This document shows, one piece after another, positions 56,406-64,000 of a DNA stretch of 64,000 nt; position 1 is the first letter of the stretch, and each line of letters begins with the position of its first letter. Source of the DNA: Dehalococcoidia bacterium (GTDB lineage Bacteria; Chloroflexota; Dehalococcoidia; UBA2979); the NCBI GenBank assembly GCA_964291495.2, contig OZ219871.1, positions 288,001-352,000 of the forward strand, written 5' to 3'. The notes below the pieces were generated by a model, which worked only from the letters and a program-made list of their open reading frames with translations, was not told where the DNA came from and searched no databases. The translations under genes and the position numbers were made by a program.

Positions 56406-57572
56406 ATGAAGCTGCACGAGTACCAGGCCAAGGAACTGCTGGCGCGCTACGGCGTGCCCACACCGGGCGGCAAAGTCGCCCGCAGCGCCGACGAAGCCGC
56501 CGCCGCCGCCGAGGAGCTCGGCGGCAAGGTCGTCGTCAAGGCGCAGGTGCACGCGGGCGGACGCGGCAAGGCCGGCGGCATCAAGCTCGCCAACTCCGCC
56601 GAGGAGGCGCGCGCCGCCGCCGAGGAGCTGCTCGGCACGAACCTCGTCACCATCCAGAGCCCGCAGGGCCAGCCGATCAACTCGGTGCTGGTCGAGGAAC
56701 AGATCGACGTCGCCCGCGAGCTCTACCTCGGCGCCGTCATCGACAACCAGTCCGGGCGCCCCGTCGTGATCGCCTCCGCGGCCGGCGGCATGGACATCGA
56801 GCAGGTCGCCGAGGAGACGCCGGACCAGATCCACAGCCAGGCGATCGACCCCGCCTGCGGCTTCCAGGGCTACCAGGCGCGGGCCCTCGCCTTCGCCACC
56901 GGCCTCGACGGCGACCTCAACCGGCCCGCCGTCGCGCTGATCTCGGCGCTCGCCCAAGCCTTCGAGGAGAACGACGGCTCGCTCGCCGAGATCAACCCGC
57001 TCGTCGTCACCGGCGACGGCAAGCTGCTCGCCGTCGACGCCAAGTTCAGCATCGACGACGACGCCGACTTCCGGCATCGCGACCTCGTCGAGCTGCGCGA
57101 CAAGTCGCAGGACGACGCCCTCGAGGTCGAGGCGGAAGAGGCCGGGGTGCAGAATTACGTCAAGCTGGACGGCGACATCGGCTGCATGGTCAATGGCGCC
57201 GGGCTGGCGATGGCGACGATGGACGCGATCAAGTTCGAGGGCGGCGAGCCCGCGAACTTCCTCGACATCGGCACCGCGAACGACCCGGAGGCGATCGTCA
57301 CGGCGCTGCGCCTGATCGGCGCCGACCCGGACGTGAAGGCGGTGCTGGTCAACATCTTCGGCGGCCTCGCGCGCACCGACGTGATCGCGGAGGGCGTGGT
57401 GCAGGCCCACGAGCAGGGCCTGATCACGCAGCCGACGGTCGTGCGGCTGGCCGGCACCAACGTCGAGGAGGGCAACCGCATCCTCGACGAATCGGGCCTC
57501 GACCTGATTCGCGCGGACGGCTTCGCCGACGCCGCGCAGAAGGCCGTCGAGGCGGCAGGCGAGGGAGCGTAA
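56406..57572 (+). CDS. sucC: Succinate--CoA ligase (ADP-forming) beta subunit
   Basis: MKLHEYQAK, KAQVHAGGRGKAGG, EINPL, NGAGLAMATMD, NIFGG. Confidence 0.96.
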   Translation: MKLHEYQAKELLARYGVPTPGGKVARSADEAAAAAEELGGKVVVKAQVHAGGRGKAGGIKLANSAEEARAAAEELLGTNLVTIQSPQGQPINSVLVEEQIDVARELYLGAVIDNQSGRPVVIASAAGGMDIEQVAEETPDQIHSQAIDPACGFQGYQARALAFATGLDGDLNRPAVALISALAQAFEENDGSLAEINPLVVTGDGKLLAVDAKFSIDDDADFRHRDLVELRDKSQDDALEVEAEEAGVQNYVKLDGDIGCMVNGAGLAMATMDAIKFEGGEPANFLDIGTANDPEAIVTALRLIGADPDVKAVLVNIFGGLARTDVIAEGVVQAHEQGLITQPTVVRLAGTNVEEGNRILDESGLDLIRADGFADAAQKAVEAAGEGA

Positions 57573-57573
57573 C

Positions 57574-58455
57574 GTGGGCGTACTGCTGGACGAGAACAGC
57601 CGCGTCGTCATCCAGGGCTTCGGCGGCGCCGGGCAGCGCGAGGCGAAGACCAGCCGCGAGTACGGCACGCAGATCGTCTGCGGCGTCACGCCCGGCCGCG
57701 GCGGCCAGGTCCTCGAGGACACGCCGATCCGCAACACCGTGCGCGAGGCCGTCGACGAGTTCGACGCCAACGTCTCGCTGATCTTCGTGCCCGCGCCCTT
57801 CGCCGCCGACGCGATCCTCGAGGCCGCCGACGCCGGCATCCCCGTCGCGATCTGCATCACCGAGGGCATCCCCGTGCAGGACATGGTGCGCGTGAAGCGC
57901 GCGCTGGAGGGCAGCGAGACGCTGCTGATCGGGCCCAACTGCCCAGGCGTCATCACCCCCGCGGCCCGCGCCCGCGCCGGCATCATGCCGACCGACGTCT
58001 ACCTCGAGGGCAGCGTGGGCGTGATCTCGCGCTCCGGCACGCTCGTCTACGAGACGGTCGACCAGCTGACGCGGGCCGGCGTCGGGCAGTCCTCGAGCGT
58101 CGGCGTGGGCGGCGACCCGATCATCGGCACCACGCAGGCCGAGGCGCTGGCGCTGTTCGAGGCGGACCCGGACACGGCGGCGGTGGTGCTGATCGGCGAG
58201 ATCGGCGGCACCGCCGAGCAGGAGGCCGCGGCCTACGTCGCGCAGATGTCGAAGCCGGTCACGGCTTTCATCGCCGGCGCGACCGCCCCGCCCGGCCGTC
58301 GGATGGGCCACGCCGGCGCGATCATCGCCGGCAAGGCCGGCACCGCCGAGGCCAAGAAGGCCGCCCTGCGCGAGGCCGGCGCGGCCGTCGCCGACTCCCC
58401 CTCGCAGATCGGCGAGACCTGCCTGGAGCAGCTGCGGAGCGCCGGGCTGCTCTAG
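57574..58455 (+). CDS. sucD: Succinate--CoA ligase alpha subunit
   Basis: CITEGIP, IGPNCPG, SRSGTL, IGEIGG, RMGHAGA. Confidence 0.96.
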   Translation: MGVLLDENSRVVIQGFGGAGQREAKTSREYGTQIVCGVTPGRGGQVLEDTPIRNTVREAVDEFDANVSLIFVPAPFAADAILEAADAGIPVAICITEGIPVQDMVRVKRALEGSETLLIGPNCPGVITPAARARAGIMPTDVYLEGSVGVISRSGTLVYETVDQLTRAGVGQSSSVGVGGDPIIGTTQAEALALFEADPDTAAVVLIGEIGGTAEQEAAAYVAQMSKPVTAFIAGATAPPGRRMGHAGAIIAGKAGTAEAKKAALREAGAAVADSPSQIGETCLEQLRSAGLL

Positions 58456-58492
58456 CGCGGCGCCCTCCGCGCTGGTGTACGCGGGTACGGCC

Positions 58493-58648
58493 ATGGTGAA
58501 GCCGAAGACCCAGCCGCAACGCCGTAATGAGGCGAAGAAGTCCTCCGCCCGGAAGGGGCGCGACGGACTCAGTGCCGAGCGCCGCGAGCAGCTGCGCGCG
58601 CTGATCGCGAGGCGCGCCCCCGCGCTGCGGGAACTCGAGAAACACTAG
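58493..58648 (+). CDS. Small basic hypothetical protein (51 aa)
   Basis: MVKPKTQPQRRNEAKKSSARKGRDGLSAERREQLRALIARRAPALRELEKH*. It fills the sucD-SDR gap and is below the ORF track cutoff. Confidence 0.4.
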   Translation: MVKPKTQPQRRNEAKKSSARKGRDGLSAERREQLRALIARRAPALRELEKH

Positions 58649-58741
58649 AGCCACAACCAACAGGTCGCGCGATAGCCCGACGCCGCTCGGTTGCCGCCCC
58701 CCGCACCCCTCCCTACGCTCCGCTGCGGAGGGCGGCAAGCA

Positions 58742-59500
58742 GTGGCGGAAGGCACAGGCGGCGGCAAGCTCCAAGGCAAGGTCGCCGTCGTCACTGGCGG
58801 CACCAGCGGCATCGGCCTCGCCGTCGCGCGCGAGTTCCTTGGCGAGGGCGCGCGTGTCGCCGTCTGCGGGCGTGACCCGCGCCGGCTCGACGCCGCCTCG
58901 GTCGCCCTCGGCGATCGGGCGATCACCATTCCCTGCGACGTCACCAGCGTCGAGGAGCTTGACCGGCTGTTCGAGGAGGCGGCCGCCAAGCTCGGGCCGA
59001 TCGACGTCGTGGTCGTGAACGCGGGCGGGGACAACCCGCCGCAGTCCTTCCTCGAGGTCACCGAGGACGAGTTCGATGCCGTCGCGTCGCTGAACTTCAA
59101 ATCGGTGTTCTTCACCGTGCAGAAGGCCGCGCCGCGCATGAACGACGGCGGCTCGATCATCATCACCACCTCCGGCGCGAACGCGCAGGGGTACGCCGAC
59201 GGCGCGGTCTACAGCGCCTCGAAGGCGGCGGCGAGGTCGCTCGCGCGCTCGCTCGGCGCGGGGCTGCTGCGGCGCGGCATCCGCGTCAACGCGCTCCGCC
59301 CCGGCCTGATCGACACGCCGATCCTCTCCACGACGATGACCGAGGAGACCCGCGAGTACATCCGCCGCCGCATGATCCCGATGCGCCGCGAGGGCGCGCC
59401 CGACGAGATCGCCAAGGCCGCCCTCTTCCTCGCCTCGGACGACTCGTCATACGTGCTCGGCGTCGAGCTCAGCGTCGACGGCGGTCTGACCGAGCTGTAG
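58742..59500 (+). CDS. Short-chain dehydrogenase/reductase
   Basis: VTGGTSGIG, VNAG, YSASK, RVNALRPG. GTG start at 58742. Confidence 0.93.
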   Translation: MAEGTGGGKLQGKVAVVTGGTSGIGLAVAREFLGEGARVAVCGRDPRRLDAASVALGDRAITIPCDVTSVEELDRLFEEAAAKLGPIDVVVVNAGGDNPPQSFLEVTEDEFDAVASLNFKSVFFTVQKAAPRMNDGGSIIITTSGANAQGYADGAVYSASKAAARSLARSLGAGLLRRGIRVNALRPGLIDTPILSTTMTEETREYIRRRMIPMRREGAPDEIAKAALFLASDDSSYVLGVELSVDGGLTEL

Positions 59501-59577
59501 GGCCGGCTGCGAGCCGGGAACTTGCTGAGGCTTGCCCCTCACTTCGACCGGCGCCCCGAGTGAGCAGGGCAACGGAG

Positions 59578-59617
59578 CCCCCTCACCCCAGCCCCTTCCC
59601 GCCGGGGGCAAGGGGGT
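59578..59617. repeat. REP-like GC-rich hairpin between convergent genes
   Basis: CCCCCTCACCCCAGCCCCTTCCCGCCGGGGGCAAGGGGG resembles the widespread CCCTCACCCCNNCCCTCTCCC extragenic palindrome. Single copy in this window. Confidence 0.4.
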
Positions 59618-59622
59618 AGTAG

Positions 59623-60267
59623 CTAGAGGAAGACGGGCTCGCGGGAGGTGAAGCGGTAGAGGCGCGCGGGGCGGTGGGCGCCCTCGCGGCGCACGTCCTC
59701 GGTGGCCTCGATCAGCGCGGTCGAGAGCATGCGCTTGCGGAAGTTGCGGCGGTCCAAACGCGCCGCGAGGATCGCCTCGTACGCGGCCTGCAGCTCACGC
59801 AGCGTGAAGCGCTCCGGCAGCAGGCCGTAGGCGATATTCGTGTAGTCCAGCTTCGCCCGCACCCGCTCGACCGCCTGCGCGATCACGCGGCCGTTGGAGA
59901 AGGCCAGCGGCGGCAGCGCGTCCACCGGCAGCCAGGCAGGCCGCCAGGCGTCGTCCGCGCTCTCGCGCAGCCGCACCGCCTTCGCCTCGACCAGCGCGAA
60001 GTAGGCGATCGCGACGCCCGGCTGCGTCGGGTCGAGCCCGGACTCGGTGAAGAGCTGCTCGAGGTAGACGTCGCGCGCGCCGGTCTCCTCGAAGAGTTTC
60101 GCCTGCGCGGCCTGCTCCAGCGTGCGCCCGCCGTCCCAGAGCCCTCCGGGCAGCGCCCACAGCTCCGCCTCGGGCGGCTCGTCGCGGTACACCAGCAGCA
60201 CCTGCAGCCGCTCCTCGATGATCGCGAAGATCACGAGGATGGTGGCGACGGCCGGTCCGCCGGACAT
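59623..60267 (-). CDS. nrtR: NrtR family regulator (NUDIX + wHTH)
   Basis: WALPGG, YLEQLFT, AYFAL, LAF, FTLRELQAAYE, LDRRNFRK, RPARLY. Confidence 0.9.
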   Translation of the reverse strand: MSGGPAVATILVIFAIIEERLQVLLVYRDEPPEAELWALPGGLWDGGRTLEQAAQAKLFEETGARDVYLEQLFTESGLDPTQPGVAIAYFALVEAKAVRLRESADDAWRPAWLPVDALPPLAFSNGRVIAQAVERVRAKLDYTNIAYGLLPERFTLRELQAAYEAILAARLDRRNFRKRMLSTALIEATEDVRREGAHRPARLYRFTSREPVFL

Positions 60268-60277
60268 CGCGCGGTCC

Positions 60278-61600
60278 CTAGACCACGTTGAGCAGGAGGT
60301 CGCCGCCGCGCAGCGCCCCCGCGCGTTGACCGCGCAGCGACCAGGACGTCGTCTCCGCGACCTCGACATCAACGAGCTCGCCGAGCAGCTCAGCGCCGTC
60401 GAAGTGCACGATGCGCCCGCCGCGCGTCCGGCCGCTGGCGCGGCCCTCCTCCTCGCGCTCGACGAGGACCTCGACGGTCTCGCCGAGCAGTCTGCGGTTG
60501 CGGGCGCCGGCGCTCTCGGCGTGGATCGCCTCGATCACCTTGAGGCGCGCCTTCTTGACCTCGCGCGGCACGTCGTCGGCGAGCTTGCGGTAGGCGAATG
60601 TGCCGGGGCGCGGCGAGTAGGCGGCGACGTGGATCACGTCGAAGCCGATCCGCTCGAGGAGCGCGACGGTGCTCGCGAACTCCTCGTCGGTCTCGCCGGG
60701 GCAGCCGACGATCACGTCGGTGGCGATCGCGGCGTCGGGCATGCGGCTGCGGATGCGCTCGACGCGCTCCTCGTACTCGGCGACGGTGTAGCCGCGCCGC
60801 ATCCGCTCCAGCATCCGGTCGTCGCCGGACTGCACGGGGATGTTGAAGTGCTCGCAGACCTTCGGTAGGTCGGCGACGGCGTCGATGATGCGGTCCGTCA
60901 TGTCCTTCGGGTACGAGGTGAGGAAGCGCGTGCGCGCGATGCCCTCGATCGCCTCGATGCCCTCGAACAGCGTGGCGAGGTCGGCCCGCTCCTCGAGGTC
61001 GTGGCCGTAGGCCTCGACGGTCTGGCCGAGCAGCGTAACCTCGCGCACGCCGCGGGCGGCGAGGAAGCGCACCTCGCCGAGCACCTCGGCGACGGGCCGC
61101 GAGCGCTCGCGCCCGCGCCGCAGCGGGACGATGCAGTAGGTGCAGAACTTGTCGCAGCCGTGGACCACGGGCACGTAGGCCGTCGGGCCGGTCGGCTCGC
61201 CGAAGGTCTCGGTCCAGAACTCGCCCTCGGAGACGTCGCGGGCCAGCCCGGCAGCCTCGAGGATCGGCTCGTACTCCTGCGGCCGCGCCCAGACGTCGAC
61301 CCAGGGGAAGCGGCGCGCGAGGGCGGCGCGCTCGCTGTCGCCCTCGGGGCCGACCATGCAGCCCATGACGGCGATCTGGAACGTCTCGCCGCGCTTGCGG
61401 CGCTGGTTGAGGGCGTGGAGGCGACCGCCGGCGCGGTCCTCGGCGTGCTGGCGGACAGCGCAGGTGTTGACGACGGCGAGGTCGGCGCGCGCGGGGTCCT
61501 CGGCGGGCGTGTAGCCCGTGCGCTCGAGGCCGGCGGCGAGGCGCAGGGAGTCGGCCTGGTTCATCTGGCAGCCGAGCGTCCAGATGTGGAAGGTGGGCAC
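60278..61600 (-). CDS. miaB: tRNA-2-methylthio-N6-dimethylallyladenosine synthase
   Basis: TLGCQMNQADS, NTCAVR, GCDKFCTYCIVP (radical SAM), TRAM domain. Confidence 0.94.
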   Translation of the reverse strand: MPTFHIWTLGCQMNQADSLRLAAGLERTGYTPAEDPARADLAVVNTCAVRQHAEDRAGGRLHALNQRRKRGETFQIAVMGCMVGPEGDSERAALARRFPWVDVWARPQEYEPILEAAGLARDVSEGEFWTETFGEPTGPTAYVPVVHGCDKFCTYCIVPLRRGRERSRPVAEVLGEVRFLAARGVREVTLLGQTVEAYGHDLEERADLATLFEGIEAIEGIARTRFLTSYPKDMTDRIIDAVADLPKVCEHFNIPVQSGDDRMLERMRRGYTVAEYEERVERIRSRMPDAAIATDVIVGCPGETDEEFASTVALLERIGFDVIHVAAYSPRPGTFAYRKLADDVPREVKKARLKVIEAIHAESAGARNRRLLGETVEVLVEREEEGRASGRTRGGRIVHFDGAELLGELVDVEVAETTSWSLRGQRAGALRGGDLLLNVV

Positions 61601-61676
61601 GAGGCTGCTCCGTCCGGCGTGGGGCGCTGGCCCGCGCGACTCGCCTCGGTGGTTCCGGGGCGGGTGCGGGTGCGTC

Positions 61677-61765
61677 TGGCGGAGGGGGCGGGATTCGAAC
61701 CCGCGATCCCGAACAGGGATAAGCGCTTAGCAGGCGCCCGCACTAGGCCACTATGCGACCCCTCC
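61677..61765 (-). tRNA. tRNA-Ser (GCT)
   Basis: GGAGGGGTCGCATAGTGGCCTAGTGCG GGCGC-CT-GCT-AA-GCGCT, long variable arm, GCGGG-TTCGAAT-CCCGC, CCCCTCC-G-CCA. Confidence 0.96.
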
Positions 61766-61831
61766 ACGAGCGATCGTAGGGCGGGGGGCGTGCGGGCGGC
61801 AAGGTGGGGCGGCCGTGCATTGACGCTCGGC

Positions 61832-61858
61832 GCGACGGACGTTGAGATCGAAGACCAC
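61832..61858 (+). pseudogene. Possible remnant of a HigB toxin C-terminus
   Basis: Encodes ATDVEIEDH just upstream of higA, similar to the typical HigB end (DVEIVDYH). No intact toxin ORF. Confidence 0.35.
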
Positions 61859-61884
61859 CGTGAAGAGCGAGGAAGACCGTAAAG

Positions 61885-62175
61885 ATGTTCAGGCAGGCGG
61901 TGCACCCGGGAGAGATCCTCAGGGACGAGCTGGCCGAGTTCGGCGTCACGCCGACGGAGTTCGCCCGCCAGATCGACGTGCCGCCGAACCGCATCAGTCA
62001 GATCATCGCCGGCAAGCGGTCCGTCACGGGCGACACCGCGCTTCGACTCGGGCACTGGTTCGGTGTCGACCCGCAGTTCTGGCTGAACCTCCAGGCGCAG
62101 TTCGACCTCGCGGCGGCCGATCGGCTCGTTGGCGACGCCGTGGAGCAGCTTCCAACGGCGGCCGGGAGTTCGTAA
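61885..62175 (+). CDS. higA: HigA family antitoxin
   Basis: HPGEIL, RISQIIAGKRSVTGDTALRLG, FWLNLQ. Confidence 0.93.
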   Translation: MFRQAVHPGEILRDELAEFGVTPTEFARQIDVPPNRISQIIAGKRSVTGDTALRLGHWFGVDPQFWLNLQAQFDLAAADRLVGDAVEQLPTAAGSS

Positions 62176-62224
62176 CGCGGCTGTCGAGCCCACATCGACA
62201 GCCCGCTCGCACACACCCGGAGGT

Positions 62225-62287
62225 TTGACGCCCCTCGGGTACTTCGCGTACCATGTACGCTGTCACTTAGCGTACTTCGTACACGAA
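62225..62287 (+). promoter_or_regulatory. nadA promoter with two NrtR-type boxes
   Basis: TTGACG (62225), 18-nt spacer, TACCAT (62249). GT-N7-AC sites at 62243-62263 (TTCGCGTACCATGTACGCTGT) and 62267-62287 (TTAGCGTACTTCGTACACGAA). Confidence 0.75.
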
Positions 62288-62350
62288 GTGTAGAGCGCGG
62301 CTGCCGCGTCGCTCTCGCGTCCGCAGCGCCGCAGGAATGAGGGCTCCCCC

Positions 62351-63547
62351 ATGGTCTCCTCGATCTCACGTCCCGTCCCGCAGCTCCAGTGCGAGTCCGA
62401 CTTCGGGATCGAGACGCTGCCGCTCTCACAGGAGGCCTCCTTCGGCTCCTGGCAGCGCGAGATTCCCGAGGCCTACTGGCAGCTCGGCAGCGACGACCTC
62501 GTCGCGCGGGTGCGCGAGGCGCGCGCCAGCCTCGGCGGCCGCGCCGTCATCCTCGGTCATCACTACCAGCGCGAGGACATCATCCAGTTCGCCGACGAGC
62601 GCGGCGACTCGTTCATGCTCGCCCAGTACGCCGCCGAGCGCCCCGAGTCCGAGTACATCGTCTTCTGCGGCGTGCACTTCATGGCCGAGGCAGCCGACAT
62701 CCTCTCCGCCTCGCACCAGCAGGTCGTGCTGCCCAACATGGAGGCCGGCTGCTCGATGGCGGACATGGCCGCGCCCGCCGACGTGCATGTCGCCTGGCGC
62801 GAGCTCGGCGACCTGTTCGGGTCGACCGAGGACCTGATCCCCGTCACCTACATGAACTCGGCGGCCTCGCTGAAGGCGTTCTGCGGCGAGCACGGCGGCG
62901 TGGTCTGCACCTCCTCGAACGCAGTGAAGGTGCTGGAGTGGGCGTTCGAGCAGGGCAAGCGCGTCTTCTTCTTCCCGGACCAGCACCTCGGCCGCAACAC
63001 CGGCCACGCGATGGGCATCCCGCTCGAGGAGATGACGCTCTGGAACTGGCGGCTGCCCGCGGGCAACCTCGGCGGCGCCGCGCCGGAGCAGCTCGAGCGC
63101 TCGCGCGTCATCCTCTGGCAGGGCCACTGCTCCGTGCACCAGCGCTTCACGACGACGCAGATCGAGGAGGCGCGCGAGCGCTACCCGGACGTGCAAATCG
63201 TCGTCCACCCCGAGTGCCGCTACGACATCGTCCAGGCCGCCGACGCGATCGGCTCGACGGCCTACATCGCCAACTACGTCGCCGAGGCGCCCGCCGGCTC
63301 GGTGATCGGCGTGGGGACCGAGATCAACCTCGTCTCGCGGCTGGCGAAGGAGAACCCGGACAAGACGGTGTTCTGCCTCGACCCGGTCGTCTGCCCGTGC
63401 AGCACGATGTACCGCGTCCACCCCGCCTACCTCGCCTGGGTGATGGAGTCGCTGGCGGCCGGGCACGTCGTGAACCAGATCGTCGTGCCGGAGGAGGTGC
63501 AGGCGCACGCCCGCATCGCCCTCGAGCGCATGCTGGCGCTGCGCTAG
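62351..63547 (+). CDS. nadA: Quinolinate synthase
   Basis: ILGHHYQ, FCGVHFMAE, AGCSMAD, CTSSNA, PDQHLG, CSVH, VHPEC. Confidence 0.96.
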   Translation: MVSSISRPVPQLQCESDFGIETLPLSQEASFGSWQREIPEAYWQLGSDDLVARVREARASLGGRAVILGHHYQREDIIQFADERGDSFMLAQYAAERPESEYIVFCGVHFMAEAADILSASHQQVVLPNMEAGCSMADMAAPADVHVAWRELGDLFGSTEDLIPVTYMNSAASLKAFCGEHGGVVCTSSNAVKVLEWAFEQGKRVFFFPDQHLGRNTGHAMGIPLEEMTLWNWRLPAGNLGGAAPEQLERSRVILWQGHCSVHQRFTTTQIEEARERYPDVQIVVHPECRYDIVQAADAIGSTAYIANYVAEAPAGSVIGVGTEINLVSRLAKENPDKTVFCLDPVVCPCSTMYRVHPAYLAWVMESLAAGHVVNQIVVPEEVQAHARIALERMLALR

Positions 63548-63559
63548 CCGCGGCATCCC

Positions 63560-64000
63560 GTGTCGGCACACTCCCCAGCCCCACCGCCCGAGACCGCGCG
63601 CGAGTTGCTGCGCGCCGACCTGCTCGTGATCGGCTCCGGCATCGCCGGGCTGTTCGTCGCCCTCCAGGCGCACGAGCGCGGCGCCCGGGTGCTGGTCGTC
63701 ACCAAGAGCGCGATCGACGAGGCGAGCACGCGCTACGCCCAGGGCGGCATCAGCGCCGCGATCGGCCCCGGCGACTCGCCGGAGCTGCACCTGCGCGACA
63801 CCATCGAGGCCGGCGCGGGGCTCGTCGACGCCGCCGCCGCTCGCGTGCTCGTCGAGGAGGCCGCCGGGCGCATCGCCGACCTCGGCGGCTACGGGGTGCG
63901 CTTCGACGAGGCCGAGGGCGAGGCGGCGCTCGGCAAGGAGGGCGCGCACTCGACGCGGCGCGTGCTGCGCGCGCGCGGCGACCAGACCGGGCTGGAGATC
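63560..64000 (+). CDS. nadB: L-aspartate oxidase (partial, runs off the right edge)
   Basis: Manual translation: LLVIGSGIAGL, STRYAQGGISA, HLRDTIEAGAG, EGAHSTRRV; directly follows nadA. Confidence 0.92.
   Translation, partial: MSAHSPAPPPETARELLRADLLVIGSGIAGLFVALQAHERGARVLVVTKSAIDEASTRYAQGGISAAIGPGDSPELHLRDTIEAGAGLVDAAAARVLVEEAAGRIADLGGYGVRFDEAEGEAALGKEGAHSTRRVLRARGDQTGLEI

Noticed and set aside
61677-62175. tRNA-Ser as the attachment site of an integrated element
   Set aside because: There is no integrase and no duplicated tRNA 3' end in the window, and higA lies on the 5' side of the tRNA.

Overview
This is a high-GC bacterial chromosomal segment with mostly housekeeping genes. The gene content suggests Chloroflexota, probably Dehalococcoidia-like, but that is an inference. 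Left third: an aromatic amino acid operon (trpE-G-D-C-F ... trpB-A-aroH-aroF) interrupted at most gene junctions by extra genes. It is preceded by a Trp-specific T-box riboswitch and also by a 40-aa leader ORF with three tandem Trp codons whose stop overlaps the trpE start. Between trpF and trpB lies a ~7.7-kb block with two parts. The first is a His-rich CDF metal exporter, a small His/Glu/Cys repeat peptide (6 x HECDEHEHH) and twin operator-like repeats. The second is a binding protein / sensor kinase / REC-PP2C / RsbV / RsbW partner-switching module with no sigma factor. Middle: scpA, ribF, tyrS, an EF-G paralog, DUF4238, recJ, tandem fabF, fabD, nnr, acpS, folD and frameshifted prfB. Next is a LysR-adjacent inositol-lipid cluster resembling the mycobacterial PIM pathway (ino1, two acyltransferases, PHP phosphoesterase, PimA-like GT4, PIP synthase-like). 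Right: nusA-ylxR-infB-rbfA-truB, proS, sucCD, an SDR, nrtR, miaB, tRNA-Ser(GCT), orphan higA and nadA-nadB with two NrtR-type boxes. No CRISPR array, transposase or integrase was seen. All calls come from motif recognition by eye, with no database searches.
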